The notes under the pieces were generated by a model that did not search any database, had not been told where the DNA came from, and saw only the letters and a list, made by a program, of their open reading frames with translations. This document shows, piece by piece, positions 1 through 9,700 of a stretch of DNA of 64,000 nt; the stretch's first letter is position 1, and the number at the start of each line of letters is the position of its first letter. This DNA comes from Methanobacteriota archaeon (GTDB taxonomy: Archaea > Thermoplasmatota > Thermoplasmata > SG8-5 > DAIRED01), in the NCBI GenBank assembly GCA_043799545.1, contig JAZDNO010000004.1, positions 73,178 to 137,177 on the forward strand, given 5' to 3'. The position numbers and the translations under genes are program-made.

Positions 1-208
1 CTTTATTAGCTAGCTTACTGGCCCTCCAACGACGCTCACCACATATAATTTCGTACCTATTTCCTTTTTTTCTAACGACAATTGGTTGTAATATTCCATG
101 AATTTTAATCGAATTGGCGAGTTCTTTAATATTCTCTTTTGTGAACTTCTCTCTCGGTTGCATCGGATTCGGCGTTAGCATCTCAATATCTAGTTCTTGA
201 TACTCCAT
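1..208 (-). CDS. ParB/Spo0J N-terminal (ParB/Srx) domain protein, truncated at window edge
   Basis: Not in ORF track. Hand translation from ATG 208: MEYQELDIEMLTPNPMQPREKFTKENIKELANSIKIHGILQPIVVRKKGNRYEIICGERRWRASKLANK; PNPxQPR, GILQPIVVR and GERRWRA are ParB-N motifs. Confidence 0.9.
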   Translation of the reverse strand, partial: MEYQELDIEMLTPNPMQPREKFTKENIKELANSIKIHGILQPIVVRKKGNRYEIICGERRWRASKLANK

Positions 209-442
209 GTTAAATTCCCCCGGATACTCTGTTTAACGTACATCATCATACTCGTATAAATAACTACATTTCACCTTTCGACTACCCCTATTCGAATTTT
301 ACGAAGAGACGAACATCAATTTAGGAAGCATTCAGGGCTTTTATCACATTATTTTTCAAGGGAAACCGTAGTCAATCCCCCGATAAATATATATATTGCC
401 TGTTTTTTCAGTAAATTATTTATAGTAATGCTGCTTTAACCG

Positions 443-991
443 ATGGTAGTAACTATGGAGTTCGTTCCCATGTTAATAAACCAAGAAGAAGGCTGGCGTT
501 TGCCCGAATTATACGATACCATGACACCAACTGAAAAGGCATCAGCTATTAAATCTTGCGTTTTAACTTTTCTTAATAACAATGGACCGGCTCCAAAATC
601 AGTAATCGGAAAAGCGATAGGCACGACTCATGAAGACAGCTTAAAAAGGGCTTTGGATTACTTGGTTCATACTCGTCAAATTTATTCAGAGAAATGGGGT
701 TCGCGAAATCCAGTATATTTCCCGAATGGTTGTTTGGGGCACCCCCTCTATCAGGGGCGTATAATTTGTGGTCGGAAGGAATACACAATTAGAACATATA
801 TAGACCGAGTCACTGGTAGAAATTTAACAATAACTGAGTATGAAAAAGATTATTCGGGTAAACAAGACCCCAAAGGAGGCATTAGAATAGACGCCGTGGA
901 TTTAGACGCCATTATTAGAGAGTTAGTGAGGATAAATGACTCATTGCGCCAGAGTGTTGAAATTAACGACAGAGGTCTAATATCAAGGTGA
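443..991 (+). CDS. Hypothetical DNA-binding protein: winged-helix N-terminus plus possible PC4-like C-terminal domain
   Basis: 182-aa ORF; helix pattern LTFLNNNGPAPKSVIGKAIG...LKRALDYLV followed by wing strands; C-terminal TITEY..GGIRIDAVDLDAIIREL resembles PC4-like ssDNA-binding folds (inference). Confidence 0.55.
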   Translation: MVVTMEFVPMLINQEEGWRLPELYDTMTPTEKASAIKSCVLTFLNNNGPAPKSVIGKAIGTTHEDSLKRALDYLVHTRQIYSEKWGSRNPVYFPNGCLGHPLYQGRIICGRKEYTIRTYIDRVTGRNLTITEYEKDYSGKQDPKGGIRIDAVDLDAIIRELVRINDSLRQSVEINDRGLISR

Positions 992-995
992 GAAA

Positions 996-2327
996 ATGAA
1001 CACGCAACTATCAATGTATGTGGAGGAAGAGGACGCGCAAAAGGCTGTATGTAGATTCGGGAATCTTAAAATTCCCCGAGGATTATTTTCAATGCCGACA
1101 ATAAGTCCAGGTATTCAGAAAAATTTAGATGTGGAAGCATTGATGGCTAACATTAGCGGTGGCTCCTTCCCACATGCAATTACGCCACATCTCAGCACAA
1201 AACAGAGATATATTGTGAAATTAATGCCAATGCTCCCCTCTGGCAAAGGCGTTATACATCCGTTTGTTGTGCCAGACCCGGAATATGAGGCTCTTTCCGT
1301 CAATTGTCTTGCGAGATTGAATTATATGCAATTTGAAAATCCACCCCCCACAGTGCGTATGATTATGGATTCGGGGCTGACCGATGACCCGGATACAGAT
1401 AGATTTAATGTAACAACAAGATGGCAAACCATTAGGCAGCGCTATGGCCTTGCTCCTTTGTTAGATTGGTCGTTAAATCTTCACGACTCCATCAATTCCG
1501 ATTTGTATCTTGCACCGACCCCGATAATGCGGGCCGATGAAAAACTTAAAAGCATTGAAGAGGCTTTTACCAGTGGGTATTTCCTTCTCTCAAATGCCGT
1601 CAGTTCGGCTCGATTCGCGTTGAATGGGATTCACACGTTGCTCCATATCGAAATTTTTTCCGATACGGATGAAGCTGACGCTGCTCGAAACAAGATACTT
1701 ACTGAGTTCGAGTCTTGGAAATCCGAGAAACAGCAATATCGGGGTTCAATAGTAGGCATAAAGCTCTATGACCCAAACAACTTATTCGGAGAAGCTGACT
1801 CGGGTTCAGTAAGGCGCAGATTATTCAGCGAATTTGTAACAGAGCTTTCATCAAAGGTTCGAGGAGCCGATGGTTTTGTCATTGGTTATAATTTTGCCAA
1901 TCTATCTCTTGGAATTTTGGATAGCGGCGCAGATTTAGCTACATTCAAAGTGGCTGGGGGAATGCGTATCGATGTGCCAATTAAATCAAGCAAGGGGAAG
2001 CGTGGTAAACGAAGGATTCCTTCCGTATTCGACGGAAGCACACTTTCCGAGGTGGGAAGCGACATCATCAAACAAACTTACAATAAATATGGTTCATTCC
2101 CTGTGCCGGCGTGTATGCAACCGAAGCCATATTGGGACGAAAATTATAAGGAGGCGTCGATATACGCGAGAAGAACCCGTTGTGCCTCATTGATTGCAGT
2201 TGGTGAAGAATATCGAGCAGCGGCGCTCGATAATGCAATCCCGTTGAAAGATTCCTTACGAAATCGAATTATGCAAAGTGAGGCGAGACAAGAATTGATT
2301 GATTTGTGTCCAACAATAAACGGTTAA
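996..2327 (+). CDS. Divergent tRNA-guanine transglycosylase (TGT/DpdA)-like TIM-barrel protein
   Basis: 443 aa, 4 nt after the upstream gene. RFGNLKIPRGLFSMPTISP resembles the TGT N-terminal RxGxLxTPxGxxxTP motif, MIMDSG resembles TGT DSG, GADLATF resembles GxDxFD; canonical Zn site not evident. Confidence 0.45.
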   Translation: MNTQLSMYVEEEDAQKAVCRFGNLKIPRGLFSMPTISPGIQKNLDVEALMANISGGSFPHAITPHLSTKQRYIVKLMPMLPSGKGVIHPFVVPDPEYEALSVNCLARLNYMQFENPPPTVRMIMDSGLTDDPDTDRFNVTTRWQTIRQRYGLAPLLDWSLNLHDSINSDLYLAPTPIMRADEKLKSIEEAFTSGYFLLSNAVSSARFALNGIHTLLHIEIFSDTDEADAARNKILTEFESWKSEKQQYRGSIVGIKLYDPNNLFGEADSGSVRRRLFSEFVTELSSKVRGADGFVIGYNFANLSLGILDSGADLATFKVAGGMRIDVPIKSSKGKRGKRRIPSVFDGSTLSEVGSDIIKQTYNKYGSFPVPACMQPKPYWDENYKEASIYARRTRCASLIAVGEEYRAAALDNAIPLKDSLRNRIMQSEARQELIDLCPTING

Positions 2328-2467
2328 TACAAATATATATTGACTTCACCCCGATGTCATAATCGCTGCCAGCTCATTTGCCTATACCGGGCCTTTCGAC
2401 CCAGATTAATGTTGACATCAAAGTTGAACTCCTTCTCTATTCTCTGGGCGGTGTGAAAAATAATAAA

Positions 2468-2632
2468 TCATGCCTTACGAACGACAGCGACTATACTCTT
2501 ACCCTCGTTACGGATGAGCCAGTTTACCTCATCTCCTGCCCTCAAGTTAAGGGATTCGACTACGGCCTCGGGAATAGTGGTTCGTAACGAGGGACTGGTT
2601 GTATTTGCTTTTGAAATCTTGGTATTAGGCAT
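2468..2632 (-). CDS. AbrB/MazE/SpoVT-type DNA-binding protein (54 aa)
   Basis: Below ORF-track cutoff. MPNTKISKANTTSPSLRTTIPEAVVESLNLRAGDEVNWLIRNEGKSIVAVVRKA; SLRTTIP..V...LNL..GD.V.W is the archaeal AbrB signature. Confidence 0.85.
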   Translation of the reverse strand: MPNTKISKANTTSPSLRTTIPEAVVESLNLRAGDEVNWLIRNEGKSIVAVVRKA

Positions 2633-2663
2633 GGATACAGGATATGCCTCTGGCCGTATTTAT

Positions 2664-2746
2664 AGTTACCTATATACTGATAATCGTAGTTACCATAACC
2701 TTTATATCCTCCCTTGCTATATAGGTAACTGTGGTAGTAACCACAG
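2664..2746. promoter_or_regulatory. Inverted-repeat cluster between divergent AbrB and transposase genes (candidate operator)
   Basis: Perfect 13-bp IR AGTTACCTATATA (2664-2676) / TATATAGGTAACT (2718-2730); extra TAGTTACC at 2687-2694; 7-bp IR CTGTGGT-AGTA-ACCACAG (2729-2746). Confidence 0.6.
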
Positions 2747-2757
2747 AGGCAACAAAT

Positions 2758-3918
2758 ATGATGATGGACGATGCGAGACAGGCGCGGGGATTAGAGATAC
2801 TAAAGGACGAGAGCGCAGTAGTGCGCATAAGCCAGAAAACTTACCACGTCAAGAGCCAGAGCGGGGAGGGGTTCTACACGGTTAAAAAGCAGATGGGGCT
2901 TTGGGGTTGCACATGCCCAGACTTCACCAACCGAAAGGTGTACTGCAAGCACATCTACGCCGTTGAGTATAGCCAGAAGCTCCGAAAACTCATCAAAACC
3001 GAGGAGAGGCCGAGGCCCGTAATCGACGCAACCATGCACCCGATGTGCTGCCCGTCGTGCCACGCCGGGGAAATCAAGAGGAATGGCAACCGCGCAACCA
3101 AGAACGGGCCAATCCAGCGCTATAAGTGCGAGGCTTGCGGATTCAGATTCACCATAGACAAGGGCTTTAGTGGTATGAAATCCGTTCCCGAGAGCATTTT
3201 AGCTTCGGTGGACCTCTATTTCAAGGGGCTTTCTTACCGCAAGATAGTGGACCACCTCAAGCAGTTCTATGGCGTGACTGTCAGCCAGACCACGCCGATG
3301 CGCTGGGTGACGAAGTACCTTAAGATGCTCGGAGATTACGCCGAAAAGCACCAGCCAGACGTGGGGCGCATGTGGCACAGCGACGAAATGGCTCAGAAGG
3401 TGAACGGTAAGCAGATGTGGGTTTGGAACGTCATGGACCACGAAACGCGCTTCTTGCTGGCCTGTAAGATTTCAGAGGGGCGCAGCATCCGCGAAACGAG
3501 GGCTGCGATAAGGGTAGCCAAGGAGAAGGCCGGGAAGCGCCCGGACTTCTTTGTTACCGATGGATTGCCAACATACCCGATAGCAGCCCGAAAGGAGTTC
3601 GGACCCGGGGAGAAGTTCGACACGCAGAGCCGCCACCACAGATACAAGGATTTCCGCACAGCGCCCAACAACAATATCCTAGAGCGCTTGAATGGAACGC
3701 TCAGAGAGCGCTTCAAGGTGATGCGGAGCTTCGACAACCCCGAGAGCGCCGCCCGGATGCTTGCGGGCATCCAGACGTACTATAACTACGTCAGAGAGCA
3801 CTCGGTACTAGGCACGACCCCGGCAATCGAGGCCGACATAGACCTAAACCTCGGAGAGAACCGCTGGGCCGGGATGGTTGGCCTGGTTGCGAATCAAAAG
3901 CAGTTCGGGGGCGTGTGA
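2758..3918 (+). CDS. IS6-family-like DDE transposase with N-terminal SWIM zinc finger and zinc ribbon
   Basis: WGCTCPDF...CKHIYAV (SWIM), CPSC...YKCEACG ribbon, WHSDE / FVTDG / NNILERLNGTLRER (IS6/IS240 DDE motifs). More GC-rich than flanks. Confidence 0.88.
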   Translation: MMMDDARQARGLEILKDESAVVRISQKTYHVKSQSGEGFYTVKKQMGLWGCTCPDFTNRKVYCKHIYAVEYSQKLRKLIKTEERPRPVIDATMHPMCCPSCHAGEIKRNGNRATKNGPIQRYKCEACGFRFTIDKGFSGMKSVPESILASVDLYFKGLSYRKIVDHLKQFYGVTVSQTTPMRWVTKYLKMLGDYAEKHQPDVGRMWHSDEMAQKVNGKQMWVWNVMDHETRFLLACKISEGRSIRETRAAIRVAKEKAGKRPDFFVTDGLPTYPIAARKEFGPGEKFDTQSRHHRYKDFRTAPNNNILERLNGTLRERFKVMRSFDNPESAARMLAGIQTYYNYVREHSVLGTTPAIEADIDLNLGENRWAGMVGLVANQKQFGGV

Positions 3919-3942
3919 AAGCGCGCTCCCAATTTTCTAGTT

Positions 3943-3970
3943 TTTACATATAACGTATGTTATACCGGAA
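3943..3970. other. dif-like (Xer) 28-bp site
   Basis: TTTACATATAA-CGTATG-TTATACCGGAA: 11-6-11 layout with ATAA-N6-TTAT core, between convergent genes. Confidence 0.35.
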
Positions 3971-3979
3971 TACTAAAAT

Positions 3980-5314
3980 CTATTTAATATCGATTTTCTC
4001 ACACTCATCCAGTAATTTTATTGCTTCGGAAAAAGGGATTAATGATTTTGGGAAAGGAGTAAATGATGCAACCCTAAGAAGTGCAGCTGCTTTGCTAACA
4101 CATAAGCGATGTTTATATCCAGTATCTTTATTTTCTTTGGCAAAAATATCTAATTTGCCCTCTATAAATTGTACAAATCGGTCTACGCGCTCGTTCTTAG
4201 GCAAGGTATAATTGATTCGATGCTCATTCTTTACGACGTGATAATTTATTTTAATAGGTGCATATTTATATTTTACTTTATTACCATTAATTTCCTCGGT
4301 ATGAATCGGACTAAATATTGCAATATCCGATAATAATTCACCAAGGTCATAAATATAATCACCCCTCAGGGATAATTGGTCAATATCAATGAACTTGACG
4401 CTATTAGCATGTCTCGATACTTTTTCCATAAAAACATTTCTACCATGACAATCCCCATGCTGGATTGTATTAAATGGCGGTATAAATTTTGGATAATTAG
4501 TTAAAATTCGCTCAACGTAAAATCGGACATTTTTATATTTAAAACCATTTACAATATATTCCGCTTCAGGATAAATCAAAGGTAACATCGTGTCATTAAA
4601 TTTCAATATGTCTCGATAGAAATGTTCGAGATATGGGGGTTTCGTCAAAGCTAGCAATTGATTCGCAGAGTCGACTTTTTTTGTTTGTGAATACATTAAA
4701 TTAAATGCTCCCCATAAACTTTCTAAATGTTTATTATCAAAGCCAAAAGACCTATTCCAGATAAATTCGTATAGTGGTTCAAAATCAGCTAGGTATTCAA
4801 TTCGCATTACATGGAGTCGGTCATTTTTATAGGTAAATTGCTCGGGCTTATGCGGCTGAGCAAATAAATGCAATATTGGCCCCGGAACTTCGGATTCAAT
4901 TTTATCGTAGTCGGGTATATCCGATTTACTTATTTTTAAAACAGTAGTATACTCAGATAATGTCGTTTGTCCATCTTCTTTCTCCCCCCCAATTGAAATG
5001 GAATGCTTTGTGCGATAAACTTGGTCGCCGCTATATCCACCAGACAATCTGTACAGTTCCTTGATTTTCGATTGAATATTAGTAGTTATCATTAATCCGG
5101 TATGGACATGCGTGAAACTTAGAACTTGTTTTTCAATTTCATCATCTGCTAGTGTCCTCTTACCTTTTAACAGATTTTTTACTAATTTAGCTTGTTCTTT
5201 AATATCTGCATCCAGTTTATCATTCGGCTCATTGTCTTTAATATTATATGTTTTTTTAATGATTTTCGCAATCCTTTGAACTGTTATAGGCGATGGTTTA
5301 TTCCTACTTCCCAT
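3980..5314 (-). CDS. APH/choline-kinase-like phosphotransferase
   Basis: LSGGYSGDQVY glycine loop, VLKI lysine, IQHGDCHGRNVF catalytic loop, FIDID metal loop; AT-rich. Confidence 0.8.
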   Translation of the reverse strand: MGSRNKPSPITVQRIAKIIKKTYNIKDNEPNDKLDADIKEQAKLVKNLLKGKRTLADDEIEKQVLSFTHVHTGLMITTNIQSKIKELYRLSGGYSGDQVYRTKHSISIGGEKEDGQTTLSEYTTVLKISKSDIPDYDKIESEVPGPILHLFAQPHKPEQFTYKNDRLHVMRIEYLADFEPLYEFIWNRSFGFDNKHLESLWGAFNLMYSQTKKVDSANQLLALTKPPYLEHFYRDILKFNDTMLPLIYPEAEYIVNGFKYKNVRFYVERILTNYPKFIPPFNTIQHGDCHGRNVFMEKVSRHANSVKFIDIDQLSLRGDYIYDLGELLSDIAIFSPIHTEEINGNKVKYKYAPIKINYHVVKNEHRINYTLPKNERVDRFVQFIEGKLDIFAKENKDTGYKHRLCVSKAAALLRVASFTPFPKSLIPFSEAIKLLDECEKIDIK

Positions 5315-5638
5315 TATTACACCAGAATGAAAGGGTTTATTCTTCGTAGATGATTAAATCCTGATTATATTGTGCATCTCTCATTGTATAGCATTTTAAT
5401 CCTTCGCGCATGTATGAGTTCAAGTTTTTTCCACCACATGGCCCAGCATTTAAACTCTTTATTCTACCTACCATCTTAATCACCAACGCATCCCATCCGA
5501 CATGCAGTTCAGGATTAGACAACTAGTAAATAAATCTAGCGACAACGAATATATACTGATAGTGGTGGCAGTATAATCGGTTGGCTCAGATTGGCACCCA
5601 CCGTGCAACACCCCGTTTAGATGCAACAAAACACCCGC

Positions 5639-6607
5639 CTACGCAACAGAACCGCTATTAAACCCCTTCTGGTGCTGGAGGGCGAAATCCACGACCTCCG
5701 TCACGTCGTCCATCGTGGCCCAGCTCCTTCCGTCGTAGGTGGCGTTCGCGATGGCCGCCTCGCGCAGGTTTGCGACGGCCCTCTCGTCGGCTCCGACCCT
5801 CCGTCCGACGCGCCCGATTGCCTGCACGACCTTTTGGGGGACATCCGCGCGCCCGATGAGTTTCCGCGCCGCCGCGAGCTTGCCCCTGACGATGGCGCTC
5901 TCCTTCTCGTGATGGCCCGCAAACTCGGCCGGTCCCGCCTTGTACGCCTCCACCCTCCTAACTATCTCGAGGCGCTCCTCGATGTCGCTCAGCGAGCGGG
6001 CCGAGGCCCGCAAAACGAACCGCCGCCTCAGATCTTCCGGGAGCTCGCCCTCGTCGTCGTTCATCGTCGCGATGAGCGTTATCGCCGTCGGCCACGCGCC
6101 GTTGGCTTCGACCTTGCGGTTCTCCGTTGCATCCAGGACGAACTTCAAAATGTCCTCCGAAAACAGGTTCGCACGTTCCATTAGGGCGAAACCGCGGTTC
6201 GCCTTCGACAGCAGCCCCGGTCTGGGGGGGTTGCCCTTCCCGCCCCGGAGCTTCTCGATGGTCGCGGATATCGGAATCTCGACGAACGGCATCCGAGCCC
6301 TGACGCGGCTCTTGGGGTTGCTAGCGGCCTTGCAGGCAGGGCACCTCTCGCGGGCTGTGGGTATGCAGCTGACGGGGCAGCCTTCCGCGACGTCCATCTC
6401 AGGCAGCAGCGCGGCAAGCCCCCTCGCGGCGGTCCTCTTGCCCGTGTCCCTCTCGCCCGACAGGAGGAGGCTGGTAATCCTCGGGTTCACTACAGAAAGG
6501 AGCAGCCCGCGCTTGAGGGCGTTCTGGCCGACGACCCCCGTGAACGGGAAAGGCGGGTCGCCCGCCGAGCCTGGTTTGCGCCTGGATTTCGATGCCTCGT
6601 CCGCCAT
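5639..6607 (-). CDS. ChlI/BchI-like AAA+ subunit with degenerate Walker motifs
   Basis: FPFTGVVGQ...LLLSVVNP, GCPVSC...C..C, PGLLSKANRG, LRRRF; Walker A GERDTGKRT and Walker B LMERANL are non-canonical. Confidence 0.85.
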   Translation of the reverse strand: MADEASKSRRKPGSAGDPPFPFTGVVGQNALKRGLLLSVVNPRITSLLLSGERDTGKRTAARGLAALLPEMDVAEGCPVSCIPTARERCPACKAASNPKSRVRARMPFVEIPISATIEKLRGGKGNPPRPGLLSKANRGFALMERANLFSEDILKFVLDATENRKVEANGAWPTAITLIATMNDDEGELPEDLRRRFVLRASARSLSDIEERLEIVRRVEAYKAGPAEFAGHHEKESAIVRGKLAAARKLIGRADVPQKVVQAIGRVGRRVGADERAVANLREAAIANATYDGRSWATMDDVTEVVDFALQHQKGFNSGSVA

Positions 6608-6704
6608 CTGATATTTGGCTCCTAAATGCGGGTATGCGCTTGGTGGTTAAACCCTTTGCTGCGCTCAATTCCCGATATGTTCTGGCTCCATTGGTCTGCG
6701 TGGC

Positions 6705-9700
6705 TTAGGGCCCCGGCGAATTTTCCCCTTTGCCGGGGTCTGGCGAGTCGCCCGAAACGTCTTCCGCCATCTCATCCGGGGCCTTGGGGTCTTCTTCGGC
6801 ATCTTGGCCGGCATCCTTCCCTTTTTTACGTATCATCACGTAAATGAGCGCCATGGCTGCCATCAGGACGATGATTATTATCCACCAGTAATCCCCGAAC
6901 CCTCCGCCTCCGACTCCGCCGCCGGTGACATCTATGCTTACGGTATGAGTCGCGGCCCGGTTGCCCAGCGCGTCCTCGGCATAGAACATCAGCGTGGCGT
7001 CTGCATCGAAGACCAGCGGCGCTGTGTACTGGCTCCACGTCGTTCCGCCGTCGAGGCTGTAGAAGATGGTTGCACCGCCCACATCCGCATCGATGGCCAT
7101 GAGAGTGACGTTCTCGCCAGCATGCAGTACTATAGCACCTCCAGTGGGTGTGGGAGACATCGAGGCTGTCGGCGGGGTCACGTCCACGAAAATCTCGATT
7201 GTCGATTCTGCGGACTCGTGACCCAGGTTGTCGGCAGCGTAGTATCGGATTGCGTGGGCCCCTTCAGTCGCAAATGTCAGCGCAACCGAGTATGCGGTCC
7301 ATGCGCCTGCATCCACCGAGTAACGCATTTCCGCGACGCCGGAACCGCTGTCGCTTGCAGCCAGGGTCAGGCTCGTGGCCGTTGTAATATAGGTGGGCGC
7401 GTTTCCATACTTTGGGCTTCCCACCGTCGCGTCAATCGCCGGGGCGCTGAGGTCGACGATTATGTCTAATTTTTTGATTGCCTCGGTATTGCCCAGGTTG
7501 TCCAGCGCTCGGTATTCGATGGCGTACGCGCCGGCCGTCGAGAAGTTCAATGGACCGGAGTATGTTGCCCAGCTGGTCCATGTGCCCGTGCTGTCTCTGT
7601 AGACGCGGAACCTGATGAGGTCCACGCCCGCACCTGAGTCGTTCGCTGTGAGGTTGATTTGCGTCGAAGAGCTGATGTAAACCGGCGCCGTGCCATACGA
7701 CGGCGCTCCGATTTCGACAGAGGTGACAGGGACGATGGTGTCGACGAACACGTAGAATGTATCAAGGGTCGAGTTCTGACCAATATTGTCACTGGCCATG
7801 ACGCTGATGTTGTGCGCCCCGGAGGCGGTCAAAGCGAAATTGCCTGAGTATGCAACCCACGCTCCGCTGTCGATGCGGTACCACATCCCCGCCACGCCTG
7901 AGCCCGCGTCCGTCGCAGTCAAGTTGAAGACGGTCGATGGCATGATGCAGACGGGATTCAGCCCGAACCTGGGGGCCGTAATTGTCAGCGTGACGACTGG
8001 CGGCTCCTCGTCTGGCCACACGGTCACGTTATTTGGCGCCTCCTGATTTCCGGCGAGGTCGATGCTGAAGTATTCGATGTACGCAATCCCGATCTGGTCC
8101 TCCAGAGTGAAGTTGCCCGTGTAAATGTTCAGCCCGCTCCAGCCGCCGTCCCATATTCGGTACTTGATGGCCGCTACGCCAGACAAATCCGTCGTCGCCG
8201 TTAGGTTGAAAGGAGTCGACCTGTTGACGTAGACGGTCGCCGTGCCGTTTTTCGGAGTCCCGATGGAAATCGTCGTGGCCGGGGCATCGGAGTCGAAGCC
8301 ATGGCGCAAGTCCGCCACCGCCTGGGCAGCCTCAGTTTGACCCAACTTGTCTGTGGCTATGGTGTAGAATTCATAGAATCCCTGCCCATCAGGGAAGTTG
8401 AACGGCCACGACCAAAGTGCAGCATTATCGATACCGGCACTCGTCCAGGGTACGGTCCAGGTTCCGTTGATTGCGCCGTACCTGTAGAACAGTTCGACGT
8501 TGGCGATTCCGCTCGACGGCGAAGCGTCGATGGCCGTCGCCGTGAGCGTTATCGGTGTGGTTGTGCGCCAGTATGCACCAGTCACGTCGCAGCCGCTCGA
8601 CGGCGCCGTGCTGTCTCCGGTGATGAATACCGTGAACGAATCGGAGCCCCAGGTAGAATCCGTCCCCGTGACTATGGTCCAGCCGCCCGTGTACCCGGCT
8701 GTGAATGTGCTGTTGGGTCCGGTGGCGTTGTCGAAGGTCCCGAGCACAGGTGCAACGGACCATGCGACAGAGATTGGGCCGAGGTCTCCGCCCGTGACGT
8801 TGGAAGCGATTGCCCGAGCCATGACAGCCTGTCCGCCGTCCACATATACTGTGCCGATTTCCGTGCCATTCGACGGGTGCACGATTTGGATGGCATCCGG
8901 CGTCCAGATTTGCGACGTGACGCCGAAGCTGTCGTGATTCGTGGCGTTGCCGCCGAAGAGGCCGAGGCCTACCGACCGCATGTCTCCCCACGAGGCGTTC
9001 GCCGGGCTAGTAACGTTCATTGAGAAGTTGGCGCTCTGTCCAGGGTTGAGATTTCCCAAGTCCAACACGATGGTGCCGAAATTAGCATCTATTGTAGTGC
9101 CGTTCCAATGGCAGTAGAGCGTCGCGTTCCACCCGCCATTCAATCCCGTTGTCACCCACATCAGTGTAAAGCGGTCTGGCGCTGTCCCGTTGTTGGTGGC
9201 GCTGGCGCTGTAGCTTCTCGCTCCGTTAATCCCTATGCCTCGCGTCATTGTCTGTTCCGGCCCAGGAGGGTCTTGGAAAATGTTGCCACCGACCCCGTCG
9301 ATTGATAGGTCCGGGAAGTAGCGGTTGATTGTGATGTTGATGGTGTAATTGATTCCCGGCGCGTAAACGACGGTCATGTGCGCGTAGCCAGTCGCGGCTC
9401 CCGAGGATAGGGTGTTGTTTAATCCCCATGCACCCGTGAGCGATGCGGATGCGCCTGAGAAGTTCTGCAGCGACCACGTCACGTTAGCATCAAATAAATA
9501 GGTCCAGTTGGCGTCGTAGGCCGACGCGAAGACGTCGCCAGAGAAGCCAACATCTGCGACTGTGTCCGTGAGATTCTCGCCGGAGTTGCCCGCGCCGGTG
9601 TTCATGCGGATGTGGGCGATTGAGACCGACCCGAATGCGTGTATCAGCGGATAACGGTCTTGGGTGTTCCCGTCGACATCGTAAGGCGCGTCTCCGAGAC

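Larger units (their letters stand above)
2468..3930. mobile_element. Putative AbrB + SWIM-DDE transposase mobile unit; ends undefined
   Basis: Divergent gene pair with operator-like IRs; no terminal inverted repeats found by eye. Confidence 0.4.

Noticed and set aside
2446-3920. GGGCG(G)TGTGAAA at 2446-2458 and 3909-3920 as ends of the IS unit
   Set aside because: Direct rather than inverted, imperfect, and the second overlaps the transposase stop; insufficient to define ends.
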